Source of the DNA: an uncultured Chloroflexia bacterium
GTDB lineage: Bacteria; Chloroflexota; Chloroflexia; DTKN01
NCBI GenBank assembly: GCA_964613665.1
Contig: CAZTIG010000018.1
Location: forward strand, 2,174-66,173
Length of the DNA stretch: 64,000 nt
Direction: 5' to 3'
The notes below the pieces were generated by a model. It had not been told where the DNA came from. It did not search any database and saw only the letters and a program-made list of their open reading frames with translations. Shown here piece by piece: positions 1-9,578 of the stretch; position 1 is the first letter of the stretch; each line of letters starts with the position of its first letter. The translations under genes were made by a program, and so were the position numbers.

Positions 1-494
1 AGCGAAGCGATCCCACCGTTGGTGATAAAGGTCTTGGCCCCGTCGAGGACATACTCATCCCCCTCGCGGCGGGCAGTGGTGACCAGGGCCGAGAAATCGG
101 AGCCGGCGCCGGCCTCGGTCAGACAGAAGGCGGCCAGGCGCGGTTCGGCGCAGAAGGAGGGAAGGAAGGCCGCCTTCTGTTCCGGCGTGCCGAAGAGGAC
201 GAGCGGCAGCAGGGCCAGGCCGTTGCCCAGCAGGCTGGTGGTGATGCCGGCGCAGCCGGCGGCCAGCTCCTCGGCGATCAGGCTGACCTCGAAAGGCCCC
301 AGGCCGGCGCCGCCGTACTCCTCGGGCACCTCCAGGTTGATCAGGCCGGCGCGGTGGGCCTTGCGCAGGACCTCCCAGGGGAACTCGCCGGTCTCGTCGC
401 ACCGCAGCGCCACCGGGGCGATCTCCTGCCGGGCAAAGTCGCGGGCCAGCTCCAGGAAAGCCTGCTGCTCCTCCGAGAGCGCGAACTCGACCAT
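1..494 (-). CDS. acyl-CoA dehydrogenase, N-terminal part (3' end runs off the window)
   Basis: ATG at 494 preceded by AGGAGGG. Translation MVEFALSEEQQAFLELARDFARQEIAP...FCLTEAGAGSDFSAL...KTFITNGG is a typical ACAD N-terminus and a paralog of the next gene. Absent from the ORF track because it is truncated. Confidence 0.85.
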   Translation of the reverse strand, partial: MVEFALSEEQQAFLELARDFARQEIAPVALRCDETGEFPWEVLRKAHRAGLINLEVPEEYGGAGLGPFEVSLIAEELAAGCAGITTSLLGNGLALLPLVLFGTPEQKAAFLPSFCAEPRLAAFCLTEAGAGSDFSALVTTARREGDEYVLDGAKTFITNGGIAS

Positions 495-543
495 GGGCCC
501 TCCTGATTCCCGATCTCGCGGTGCGCGACCGCCCGCGCCCGGC

Positions 544-1689
<1,146 letters not shown>

Positions 1690-1722
1690 CGCGCACCTCC
1701 TTCGGCTCGTCAGGTTGGCGGG

Positions 1723-1751
1723 ATTATAGCACACGGAGAAGGGAATCGCAA
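1723..1751 (-). promoter_or_regulatory. sigma-70 type promoter for the acyl-CoA dehydrogenase pair
   Basis: Minus strand reads TTGCGA-N17-(TGc)TATAAT, about 30 nt upstream of GTG 1689. Confidence 0.55.
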
Positions 1752-1995
1752 GACGCTGAGCAAGCACCTCTTGACCGGCCGGCCCATTCGCAGGATAGCG
1801 GGAGCAGGGACAGCAGGCATCTGCTCATTCGTACCTACATCCCAGCCTCGGCCGCCCTGTTCGCCACCTCTGCCGGCTTGCCGGCGGCGACCACTCGTCG
1901 CCAAAAACGACCGCCTGTCCGAGAACCCTTCCCTTTCCCACCCGCCTCCGCTATCATGTATGCAGAGTTGACCCCTTCCCATGCGGGGATATCAG

Positions 1996-2004
1996 TGCTA
2001 TAGT
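1996..2004 (+). promoter_or_regulatory. extended -10 element upstream of the LytS-type kinase
   Basis: TGcTATAGT sits in an otherwise GC-rich intergenic region, about 80 nt upstream of ATG 2084. The -35 is weak. Confidence 0.4.
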
Positions 2005-2083
2005 AGCGACGACATCGACGTCGCACTGCTGCGGGGGTCTGCACACGTCCGCGCGACCTATCGTCACCGAGAAGGGGACAGCG

Positions 2084-3631
2084 ATGCGCCGGCCAATCTG
2101 GGGGCGTCTCTCTCTAGCGCGTCCACGGGTGCCCCGCTGCATCCTATTGAGCGGCGCGGCGATCCTGGCCACCGCAGCTGCCTGCGCCTGGGCGCTGTAC
2201 ATAGCCCGGCTGAGGCCGGGGGAGCACTTCCCGCTCCCGGAGGCCGACCTGGGTCGCCTCGTCGTGAACCCCTATGGTTTCGGCCTGGCTCTACAGCTGA
2301 CGGTGATCCCCATGGCCCTCCTCTATCTCTTCAGCAGCACATCTACCTTCCGCCGCTTCATGGGAGGCCGGCCGACACCGCGCGAGAGGCGCACCCTGTT
2401 GATCGCCCTGGCGCTGCTCTGCCTGCTGGTTTTCGGCTATGGCGAGGGCCTGTCCCGGCTGGCCCACGAGCCACCCCACGTGGGGTATATCGCCGTAGTT
2501 CCCCTGGCCGTCGTCGCCGCGGGCCTGCTGGGAGGCTGGAGGATGGGCCTGATCCTGGGGGGCTTGGGGCTGTTCCTCTATGGCACACGCGAGTTCACCT
2601 CCTTTCTTGAGGCGTTCTCCCCAGAGCTCATCTCCCTCTGGCAGCAGGATGGCCTGCGTGGCCTGCTTGGCGTGGAATGGGGGCATGACCTGCTGCGCAT
2701 CTATCTGCTCAGTCCTTGGGCCCCCGGGGTCCTCTGGGCAGGGCTCTTCTGCGGCCTCGCGGCGGACATCCTGGGCCAGCGCCGCTACCAGCCGCTGGCC
2801 GCACTGCTGCTGGGCGCGCTGGCGGGCTTCGGAAACGGTTGCTTCCCCATACTCGCCGGGAGAGGCACTCTATTGGATTTCCTCATTTCTGCGACACTGG
2901 CCTCTGGGCTGGCCATGGTCGTCATCTCCCTGATCGTGCGTGGGGTCCAGGGGGAGGTAGCCCAGAGACAGGCGGCCGCCGCCGAATTGGCCCTGACCCG
3001 GGCTGAACTGCGCGCTCTGCGCGCCCAGATCAACCCGCACTTTCTCTTCAACGCCCTCAACACGATCCGCTTCTTCGCGCGCACTGACCCCGAGGCCGCG
3101 CGGCGCCTTCTACTGCACCTCTCCGAGGTCTTTCAGCGCGCCCTCCGCTCGGGCGAGTCTGTCACCCTGCGCGATGAGCTGGGCTACGTGGAGGCTTACC
3201 TGGCCCTGGAAAAGGCCCGTCTCGGCGAGCGCCTGCGCGTCGAGTGGTCACTGTGCGGGGAGGACTGCCTGCGGTACACCGTGCCCACGCTCATCCTGCA
3301 GCCGCTGGTGGAGAACGCGGTGATCCACGCGATCGCCAAGAAGCCCGAAGGTGGGACGATCCAGGTCGCCGCCAAGGTCGTGGCCGGCGACCTGCTGCTG
3401 CAGGTGGAGGACGATGGCCCGGGAATCGATCCCGGCCGGCTGGCCGAGGTCCTCGGCTCACCAGAAGGGGATCGTCCCACCGTCGGCCTGCACAACGTCG
3501 ATAGCCGGCTGCGGGCGCTCTACGGGGACGATCACGCTCTGGTGGTCGTCTCCGAGGTCGGGCGTGGTACGCGGGTGGAGATCAGGATCCCCCTGGAGGA
3601 AGAGACCAATGCACGTGCTGATCGCCGATGA
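2084..3631 (+). CDS. LytS/YehU-type sensor histidine kinase (polytopic membrane N-terminus)
   Basis: N-terminal multi-TM region, then the His-kinase motif LRAQINPHFLFNALNTI and an HATPase region (ENAVIHA...DDGPGI...GLHNV). RBS AAGGGGA precedes the ATG. Confidence 0.85.
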   Translation: MRRPIWGRLSLARPRVPRCILLSGAAILATAAACAWALYIARLRPGEHFPLPEADLGRLVVNPYGFGLALQLTVIPMALLYLFSSTSTFRRFMGGRPTPRERRTLLIALALLCLLVFGYGEGLSRLAHEPPHVGYIAVVPLAVVAAGLLGGWRMGLILGGLGLFLYGTREFTSFLEAFSPELISLWQQDGLRGLLGVEWGHDLLRIYLLSPWAPGVLWAGLFCGLAADILGQRRYQPLAALLLGALAGFGNGCFPILAGRGTLLDFLISATLASGLAMVVISLIVRGVQGEVAQRQAAAAELALTRAELRALRAQINPHFLFNALNTIRFFARTDPEAARRLLLHLSEVFQRALRSGESVTLRDELGYVEAYLALEKARLGERLRVEWSLCGEDCLRYTVPTLILQPLVENAVIHAIAKKPEGGTIQVAAKVVAGDLLLQVEDDGPGIDPGRLAEVLGSPEGDRPTVGLHNVDSRLRALYGDDHALVVVSEVGRGTRVEIRIPLEEETNARADRR

Positions 3632-4379
3632 CGAGGCCCCCGCCCGGGGCGAACTGCGCTACATCTTGGACATGCTGATCCCGGAGGCCACGTTCTACGA
3701 GGCCACCGATGGCGAAGAGGTGCTGAGACTGGTCGAACGGGAGCCGATCGAGGTGGTCTTCCTGGACATCCACATGCCCGGACTGGATGGCCTGACCGTT
3801 GCCAAGGCGATCATGGAGGGGCCCCAGCCACCGCTGATCGTCTTTGCCACAGCCTACGACGAACATGCCCCGCAGGCGTTTGAGCTGGCAGCTCTGGACT
3901 ATGTGGTCAAGCCGTTTGACGAGCAGCGGCTGGGGCGAACGGTGGAGCGGGTACGCCAGGCCCTGGCCGAGCGCGCTCGCCTAGAGGAGCGACAGGCGGC
4001 GCTACACCTGTACCTCGAGCGGACCGTGCCGGCCGGCGGCCTGACCAAACTGTGGGGCCTACGGGAGACCCAGAACCGCGTGCTGGTGGACTACCGCGAC
4101 ATCTTCTGGATCGTCGCCGGCGAGAAGCGGGTCTACATGCATACCCGGGCCGGCGAGCGGCTCCTGGTACGACACACCCTTGAGGAGCTCGAGCAGCGCC
4201 TCCAGCCCCATGGCTTCGCCCGGGTGCACAAGGGCTACCTGATCAATCTCGACCACGTGCGCGAGGTCGTGCCCTGGTTCTCCGGCACCTGTGTCGTTCG
4301 GATGGCCGACGAGGCCCGCACCGAGATCCCCATGTCCAGGCGCTACGCGGCGCAACTGAGGAACCTGACCGGATGGTGA
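3609..4379 (+). CDS. LytR/AlgR-family response regulator (receiver + LytTR DNA-binding domain)
   Basis: MHVLIADDEAPARGEL...FLDIHMPGLDGL receiver domain, and a C-terminal LytTR-like domain (RVHKGYLINLDHV). The start overlaps the kinase 3' end by 23 nt. Confidence 0.9.
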   Translation: MHVLIADDEAPARGELRYILDMLIPEATFYEATDGEEVLRLVEREPIEVVFLDIHMPGLDGLTVAKAIMEGPQPPLIVFATAYDEHAPQAFELAALDYVVKPFDEQRLGRTVERVRQALAERARLEERQAALHLYLERTVPAGGLTKLWGLRETQNRVLVDYRDIFWIVAGEKRVYMHTRAGERLLVRHTLEELEQRLQPHGFARVHKGYLINLDHVREVVPWFSGTCVVRMADEARTEIPMSRRYAAQLRNLTGW

Positions 4380-4443
4380 TGGCCCCAGGGCAAATCCCCG
4401 ACTGACCTCTTGTCCTCTCTTTCGACCGCTTGTCGGAAATCGC

Positions 4444-4472
4444 TTCACTTCCCGGGCCCCATGCCCTATACT
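4444..4472 (+). promoter_or_regulatory. candidate promoter for the secreted repeat protein
   Basis: TTCACT-N17-TATACT, about 150 nt upstream of GTG 4621. Confidence 0.35.
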
Positions 4473-4620
4473 GAGGCCAGTCAGTCGCGGCACCCTCACG
4501 GCAATCCCCCGCGCGGCTGCCGCCGAGTCGGATAGCAGGCTCGTGTACGTGTAAAGGAGGTGATGCAGGGGTGTCTGGGAAGGTAATGGGTATGCAGAGA
4601 TCTATCCAAGGAGGTATGCA

Positions 4621-5946
4621 GTGAAAGGGAAACGGCTTCTCACAGTCACGTCCTTACTGGTCCTGCTGGCCGCGCTCGGGGTGGGGTTGGCCTCCGCCCA
4701 GGGTGTCGTGCGGCAGCCCCTGGGTACGAAGCCGGCCACGTCCAACCCCGCCGGGGCCAGCATCGAAGGCCGCCCCATCGGTCGCAACTTCTTAATCAGC
4801 GCCACGCTTCTCGATGAAAATGGCACGGCCATCGCCTACAACAGCCAATCGAAGGAGTACCTCGTGGTGTTCTGGAACGACCGGCCGGGCAACGATGACA
4901 TCCGCGCGGAGCGGGTGGGCTGGGACGGGAAACTGCTCGGGGGGAACTGGGTCGCCGCTGGAACTGGTGCCGAGCGGCGCTACCCGGACGTGGCCTACAA
5001 CAGCCAGCGCAACGAGTACCTGGTGGTGTGGGAGGAGGTCGATGGCCTCGGATACGTGTATATCCGCGCGCAGCGTCTCACGGCCGACGCCCAGCTGGTT
5101 GGGACGATGATCACCGTCGCCTCCGGGGTGCTCGGGATGTCGGAAGTCTATTACCCTGCCGTAGACTACGCCTCCACCGCCGACAAGTACCTGGTCGTTT
5201 GGGTCAATTATGTTGTGGGCGCTGCAATGCACATCGTCGGCCAGGTTCTGAACAGTGAGGGGGGGCTGGTGGGTAGCGGCTTTTACGTCTCGGAAGACAC
5301 CACCGGGGAGCCCCGATATCTGCCGGACCTGGCCTACAACCGCCACGGGAATGGGTACCTGGTGGTCTGGCAGCAGTACGACCCCGGCACCAGCCTCTTC
5401 AGCATCCATGGTCAGCTGGTGCATGGCGAAGGCTTCCTCACCGGCAGCCCCATATCTATCGCCTGTCACTCCGCCGTATCGAGCACGTCCCCGGCGGTGG
5501 CGGCCATTCCCACCGGTCCCTCCGCCTACAAGTACCTCGTCGTCTACGAGTATGAGTTCACCCTCGGCGACCTCGATATCCATGGTCGTCTTGTGGAAGA
5601 GGATGGGACAGTAGCTCCTGACGAACTGGACATTGCTACCATGGGGGTGAACGAGTACGCCCCAGCCGTCGCCGGCACCGAGATAGGCGACCAGTTCCTG
5701 GTAGCCTGGGTAATGAATCCCCCGTCCGGGCAGCCCATCCTCGCATGTGCCGTGAGCAGCGACGGTTCCACGGTGGCCCTGCCGGATCCGTTGGGGGGAG
5801 ATGTGGCCAACTCGCCGGCCGTCTCTGCCGGCCCAAACGGTGACTTCCTGGTGGCCTGGCAGGACGTGCAGCCTGGTTTCACCGACTATGACATCTTCGG
5901 CCGGCTCTGGGGCATCCGGGTCTATCTGCCTTTTGTGGTACGCTGA
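4621..5946 (+). CDS. secreted protein with seven degenerate ~55-aa repeats (beta-propeller-like), function unknown
   Basis: GTG start 6 nt after AAGGAGG. Signal peptide KGKRLLTVTSLLVLLAALGVGLASAQG. The recurring blade motif P-x-V-AYN-x3-5-YLVVW appears 7 times (YLVVFW, YLVVWEE, YLVVWVN, YLVVWQQ, YLVVYEY, FLVAWV, FLVAWQD). Confidence 0.75.
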   Translation: MKGKRLLTVTSLLVLLAALGVGLASAQGVVRQPLGTKPATSNPAGASIEGRPIGRNFLISATLLDENGTAIAYNSQSKEYLVVFWNDRPGNDDIRAERVGWDGKLLGGNWVAAGTGAERRYPDVAYNSQRNEYLVVWEEVDGLGYVYIRAQRLTADAQLVGTMITVASGVLGMSEVYYPAVDYASTADKYLVVWVNYVVGAAMHIVGQVLNSEGGLVGSGFYVSEDTTGEPRYLPDLAYNRHGNGYLVVWQQYDPGTSLFSIHGQLVHGEGFLTGSPISIACHSAVSSTSPAVAAIPTGPSAYKYLVVYEYEFTLGDLDIHGRLVEEDGTVAPDELDIATMGVNEYAPAVAGTEIGDQFLVAWVMNPPSGQPILACAVSSDGSTVALPDPLGGDVANSPAVSAGPNGDFLVAWQDVQPGFTDYDIFGRLWGIRVYLPFVVR

Positions 5947-6128
5947 ACCCCGCAGATCCCCCACACAGGCGGGGCACGACAGGCCGGGGCAGATCCCGCC
6001 CGGGGGCGCGGGGTTTGCCCCGGCCCTATCGTCGCCAGCAGTCCCTGCCGAGGTACCCCGCGGCAGCCGGCCAAAGGGCCGCCGCGGAGGGAGCCCTGGG
6101 AGTGTGAAGGGGTGTCAGGCGCCGCTGT

Positions 6129-6157
6129 TTGACACGCCTGCCCTGGCGTGGTAGGAT
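6129..6157 (+). promoter_or_regulatory. sigma-70 promoter for the M23 peptidase gene
   Basis: TTGACA-N17-(TGg)TAGGAT, 24 nt upstream of ATG 6181. Confidence 0.6.
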
Positions 6158-6180
6158 GGGCATGCCAGCAGGAGGTCCCG

Positions 6181-7215
6181 ATGCGTCGCGCCGTCGCCGT
6201 CATCTTATGTCTATCTCTCATCCTGGCCGGCTGCGGCCCGGCCACAATGCTGCCGGCCCCAGTGGCAAGCTCTGCCCCGGCCGCGCCGACCGCCCCGACG
6301 GTCCTGTTCGTCGTGCCGGCGACGCTGCCACCCTGGCCCACCGCCACGGCCACTCCTATCCCCACGGCCGCGCCCACGCAGACACCCACCCCCACTCCCA
6401 CGCCTATCCCGCCGCCCCTCGCCGGGACACTGACGATCGATCCCAGCCAGGTCCGCCCGGGGCAGACGATCCTGGTCCGCCTGCGCACCTCCCTGCCGGC
6501 CACCGCCACCGTCTCCCTGAACGGCGAGCCCATCCCGATGTTCCCGCGGTGGGCATGCCAGGAGCACACCACCGTCGCCGGCATCTGGTTCTGGTCCGCC
6601 AGCGGCTCCCAGGTGCTCGCAGCAACACTGTATGACAGGTGGGGGCGCTCGGCCACCATCAGCAGCACCATCGAGGTGGTGCCGGCCGACTACCCGGTGG
6701 AGCACTTGCAGCTCCTGCCGGGGCGCGAGGCGCTGCTCGATCCCCACCTACTCGAAGACGAATGGGCACTGATCCGGCCGGTCCTGGAGGAGGTCACGCC
6801 GCTGCACCTCTGGGTGGGCCGATTCATTACCCCCACCGAGGGGTACGTCAGCTCGCCGTACGGCGTGATGCGCGCCTACAACGGCGGGCCGCCCAGCGGC
6901 TACCACAACGGGCTGGACATCGCCAACGTCACCGGCACACCGGTGGTGGCCCCGGCCCGCGGCCGCGTCGTCTTTGCCGCCACGCTCCAGGCCCGCGGCA
7001 ACTGCGTCATCGTGGACCACGGCTGGGGCGTGCATAGCAGCTTCTTCCACATGTCGGAGATCCTGGCCACCGTGGGGGAAATGGTGGAGGCGGGCCAGCC
7101 CATCGGCAAGATCGGCGCGACCGGGCTGGTGACTGGGCCGCACCTGCACTGGGAGTTACGGGTGGGGATGATCGCCGTGGACCCACAGGAGTGGATCCAG
7201 CGCTCACTTCCCTGA
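6181..7215 (+). CDS. M23-family metallopeptidase lipoprotein
   Basis: ATG 6181 follows AGGAGG. Lipobox LILAGC, Pro/Thr-rich linker, and M23 motifs HNGLDI...GTPVVAPARG and GPHLHWE. Confidence 0.85.
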   Translation: MRRAVAVILCLSLILAGCGPATMLPAPVASSAPAAPTAPTVLFVVPATLPPWPTATATPIPTAAPTQTPTPTPTPIPPPLAGTLTIDPSQVRPGQTILVRLRTSLPATATVSLNGEPIPMFPRWACQEHTTVAGIWFWSASGSQVLAATLYDRWGRSATISSTIEVVPADYPVEHLQLLPGREALLDPHLLEDEWALIRPVLEEVTPLHLWVGRFITPTEGYVSSPYGVMRAYNGGPPSGYHNGLDIANVTGTPVVAPARGRVVFAATLQARGNCVIVDHGWGVHSSFFHMSEILATVGEMVEAGQPIGKIGATGLVTGPHLHWELRVGMIAVDPQEWIQRSLP

Positions 7216-7256
7216 CCCCAAGCGCCACCCACGCCACGGTGGCAGCCGCCCTGGCC

Positions 7257-8231
7257 CTACGCCGAGGGGTTCTCCGCCGGGCGGGCCGGCCGACGGCGGC
7301 GGATGCGCCGCTTCTCTTCCTTGGGCTTGGCCTCTTCCTTGGGCTTGGCCTCTTCCTTGGGCTTGGCCTCGGCCTTGATCCTGGCCTCCGCCCTGGGTGC
7401 CTCCAGCGGCGGCAGGGCGAAAGAGCTCAGCTCGTAGGGGTTCTCCCCGGGGAGAAAGACCTCGGTCACCGTGCCCGTGGTCAGGATCTGCACCTTGCCC
7501 CGCCGCTCGGCCTCCTTGACAAAGTCCTGAAAGCGCGAAAAGTGGCGGCCCTGGGCGTCGCCGTACTGCCCCTCGTCGAAATTGCCCAGCAACTCCATCA
7601 TCAGCAGCTTCAGCGTGGCCAGCGTGCAGGCATTCTTGCGCTCGCGGGCCAGTTGCAGCGCGTCCACCAGCACGTCGTAGATGTCCTTCTCCTTGGGCTT
7701 GGGCTTGGGCGGCAGGATATCCTCAGCCAGCTGGTGGTAGAAGATGAACTCGTCGGCGCTCTGAGCCAGGTGCGAGGAGGTCGCCGTGGCCACGCCGATG
7801 ACGACGACCCGCTTGCCCTGCTGGCGGATGGTGTTGACCAGGGGGATGAAATCGCGGTCCCCCGTCACCAGGATATAGACCTGGATGTTGGGCGACCCGT
7901 AGAGGGTGCGCATCGTGTCGATGACCAGGTGGATGTCGGCGCTGTTCTTGATGGCCGCGCCGTTTTCCTCGCGGTCGCCGCGCTCGCCGCTACCGTAGTA
8001 GTAGGTGGGAACGTAGCGGGGCTCGATCCCGTTGGCGTAGAGGGCGTTGGTGATCCGCGAGAACTGGTACCAGTCGGCGTACGCGCGGGCCACGACGACC
8101 CGGCCGTACTTCTCGCAGTGCTCCATGATGTACTCGAACTTGGGGTTGCTCTTGTACTTGTCGCGGGTGGCGATGTAGATGTTTTCAAAGTCGATGAAGA
8201 CAGCTACGTCCGGTCCTTTGGTTCCTTCCAT
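7257..8231 (-). CDS. NYN-domain (LabA-like) protein with OST-HTH/LOTUS-like region and KPKEEA-repeat tail
   Basis: VAVFIDFENI...ARAYADW...ILVTGDRDFIPLV is NYN-like. The middle region resembles OST-HTH. The C-terminus has AKPKEE x3. Confidence 0.8.
   Translation of the reverse strand: MEGTKGPDVAVFIDFENIYIATRDKYKSNPKFEYIMEHCEKYGRVVVARAYADWYQFSRITNALYANGIEPRYVPTYYYGSGERGDREENGAAIKNSADIHLVIDTMRTLYGSPNIQVYILVTGDRDFIPLVNTIRQQGKRVVVIGVATATSSHLAQSADEFIFYHQLAEDILPPKPKPKEKDIYDVLVDALQLARERKNACTLATLKLLMMELLGNFDEGQYGDAQGRHFSRFQDFVKEAERRGKVQILTTGTVTEVFLPGENPYELSSFALPPLEAPRAEARIKAEAKPKEEAKPKEEAKPKEEKRRIRRRRPARPAENPSA
7317..7370 (-). repeat. perfect 18-bp tandem repeat x3 inside the NYN gene (encodes the KPKEEA repeats)
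   Basis: TTCCTTGGGCTTGGCCTC occurs three times head to tail (7317-7334, 7335-7352, 7353-7370). Confidence 0.95.
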
Positions 8232-8237
8232 TCCTTC

Positions 8238-8453
8238 TCAATCCTCTCGCTGGCGCCGCCCCCGGCGGCGGTCTTCTTTCCGCCGTAACCGGCGCAGCGC
8301 CTTGCGCATCTTGTCTCGCCGCAGCTCGCCCCGAGAGAGGAAGCGCTGATGGCGGCGGTACTCCTGCATATGCCCGCTCAGGGCCAGTTCGCGGCGAAAC
8401 CGCTTGAGCAGAATCTCGATCGATCCTCCCGTATGCCGCTCCACGCCCGACAT
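8238..8453 (-). CDS. rpsU: 30S ribosomal protein S21
   Basis: MSGVERHTGGSIEILLKRFRRELALSGHMQEYRRHQRFLSRGELRRDKMRKALRRLRRK matches the S21 pattern. I chose the internal ATG 8453 over the longer ORF. Confidence 0.85.
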   Translation of the reverse strand: MSGVERHTGGSIEILLKRFRRELALSGHMQEYRRHQRFLSRGELRRDKMRKALRRLRRKEDRRRGRRQRED

Positions 8454-8539
8454 CGGGCCGGCCCTCCACTTGCACTCTGCCGTGGGTGCCGATGGCCTCC
8501 AAGATGACATGGATCTCTCCCGGCCATCGCCACGAGGTC

Positions 8540-8568
8540 AGTATACCCGCTTTTCGGCCGGCTGTCAA
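8540..8568 (-). promoter_or_regulatory. consensus sigma-70 promoter for rpsU (and the downstream NYN gene)
   Basis: Minus strand reads TTGACA-N17-TATACT. Confidence 0.7.
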
Positions 8569-8583
8569 TCTCGCCTGGCTCAA

Positions 8584-8683
8584 AACCTATCACAACTACC
8601 AAAGGCACGGAGGCACGAAGAAAGGCAAGGAGGAACAGCCAAAAGGCTTCGCGTCTTTGTGCCCTTGTGGTTTGCGATAGGTT
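8584..8683 (-). terminator. long imperfect hairpin plus U4, candidate terminator of the znu operon
   Basis: Arms of about 25 nt (8584-8608 and 8659-8683) pair. On the minus strand the hairpin is followed by UUUUGAGCC. It lies directly after the permease stop. Confidence 0.4.
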
Positions 8684-8684
8684 C

Positions 8685-9578
8685 TCAGTGCCTGGCGGAC
8701 CCCGCGCACGGATCGGCCGGCTCCCGTGCGCGAAGCAGCCGCCCCCGCAGCATGCTCCAGAGCAGCCCTCGGCGCGGGGAGAGGAAAAAGGCCACCACAA
8801 AGAGGGCCGTGGCCACCAGCACCACCGCTCCCCCCGAGGCCACGTTCAGGTAAAAGCTCAGGTAGAGGCCGACGACACTGGCAAGGGCGCCCAGGGCCGC
8901 CGCCAGCAGCATCATCGGGAGGAGCCGCCGCGTCAGGAGGTAGGCCGTCGCCCCGGGTGTCACCAGCATCGCCGCCACCAGCCCCACGCCGACAGTCTGC
9001 AGCGAGACCACGATCGTCAGCGCCAGCAGGATCAGCAGGAGGGTGCGCAGCCGCTCGACCGGCAGGCGCAGCGTCGCCGCCAGGACGGGATCGAAGGAGA
9101 CGACAAGGAACTCCTTGAAGAGCAGGGCAATGGTCAACAGCACGAGCGCGCCCAGGCCCGCGGTCAGCCAGAGGTCGGCCACGCCCACGCCGAGCACATT
9201 CCCGAACAGGATGTGGGTCAGGTCCACGGCATAGGTCTGGATGGTGCTGATCAGGACGATGCCGAGCGAGAGGGCTGCGGCAAAGAGGATACCGATGGCG
9301 GTATCCTCCTTGATCGTCCCGCGCCGGGAGAAGAAGCCGATGCCCAGGGCCACCACCACGGCGGCGATGAGCGCCCCCACCAGCAGGCTGCCCCGCAGCA
9401 GGTAGGCCAGGGCCACGCCGGGCAGAATGGCGTGGGCCATGGCGTCGCCCAGGAAGGCCATGCCCCGCAGGACCACGTAGCAGCCGACCACAGCGCAGAG
9501 GGTCCCCACGAGCAGCGAGGCCACCAGGCCGCGCTGCATGAAGCCGTAGCTCAACGGTCGTACCAGCCATTCGATCAC
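8685..9578 (-). CDS. znuB: metal (Zn/Mn) ABC transporter permease
   Basis: VIEWLVRPLSYGFMQRGLVASLLVG... is a polytopic ZnuB/TroC-like sequence. GTG 9578 overlaps the upstream ATPase stop by 4 nt. Confidence 0.88.
   Translation of the reverse strand: MIEWLVRPLSYGFMQRGLVASLLVGTLCAVVGCYVVLRGMAFLGDAMAHAILPGVALAYLLRGSLLVGALIAAVVVALGIGFFSRRGTIKEDTAIGILFAAALSLGIVLISTIQTYAVDLTHILFGNVLGVGVADLWLTAGLGALVLLTIALLFKEFLVVSFDPVLAATLRLPVERLRTLLLILLALTIVVSLQTVGVGLVAAMLVTPGATAYLLTRRLLPMMLLAAALGALASVVGLYLSFYLNVASGGAVVLVATALFVVAFFLSPRRGLLWSMLRGRLLRAREPADPCAGSARH

Noticed and set aside
7317-7370. A short perfect tandem repeat that could be mistaken for a mini CRISPR or VNTR locus.
   Set aside because: The copies are contiguous with no spacers, in frame within the NYN-domain gene, and encode KPKEEA repeats.
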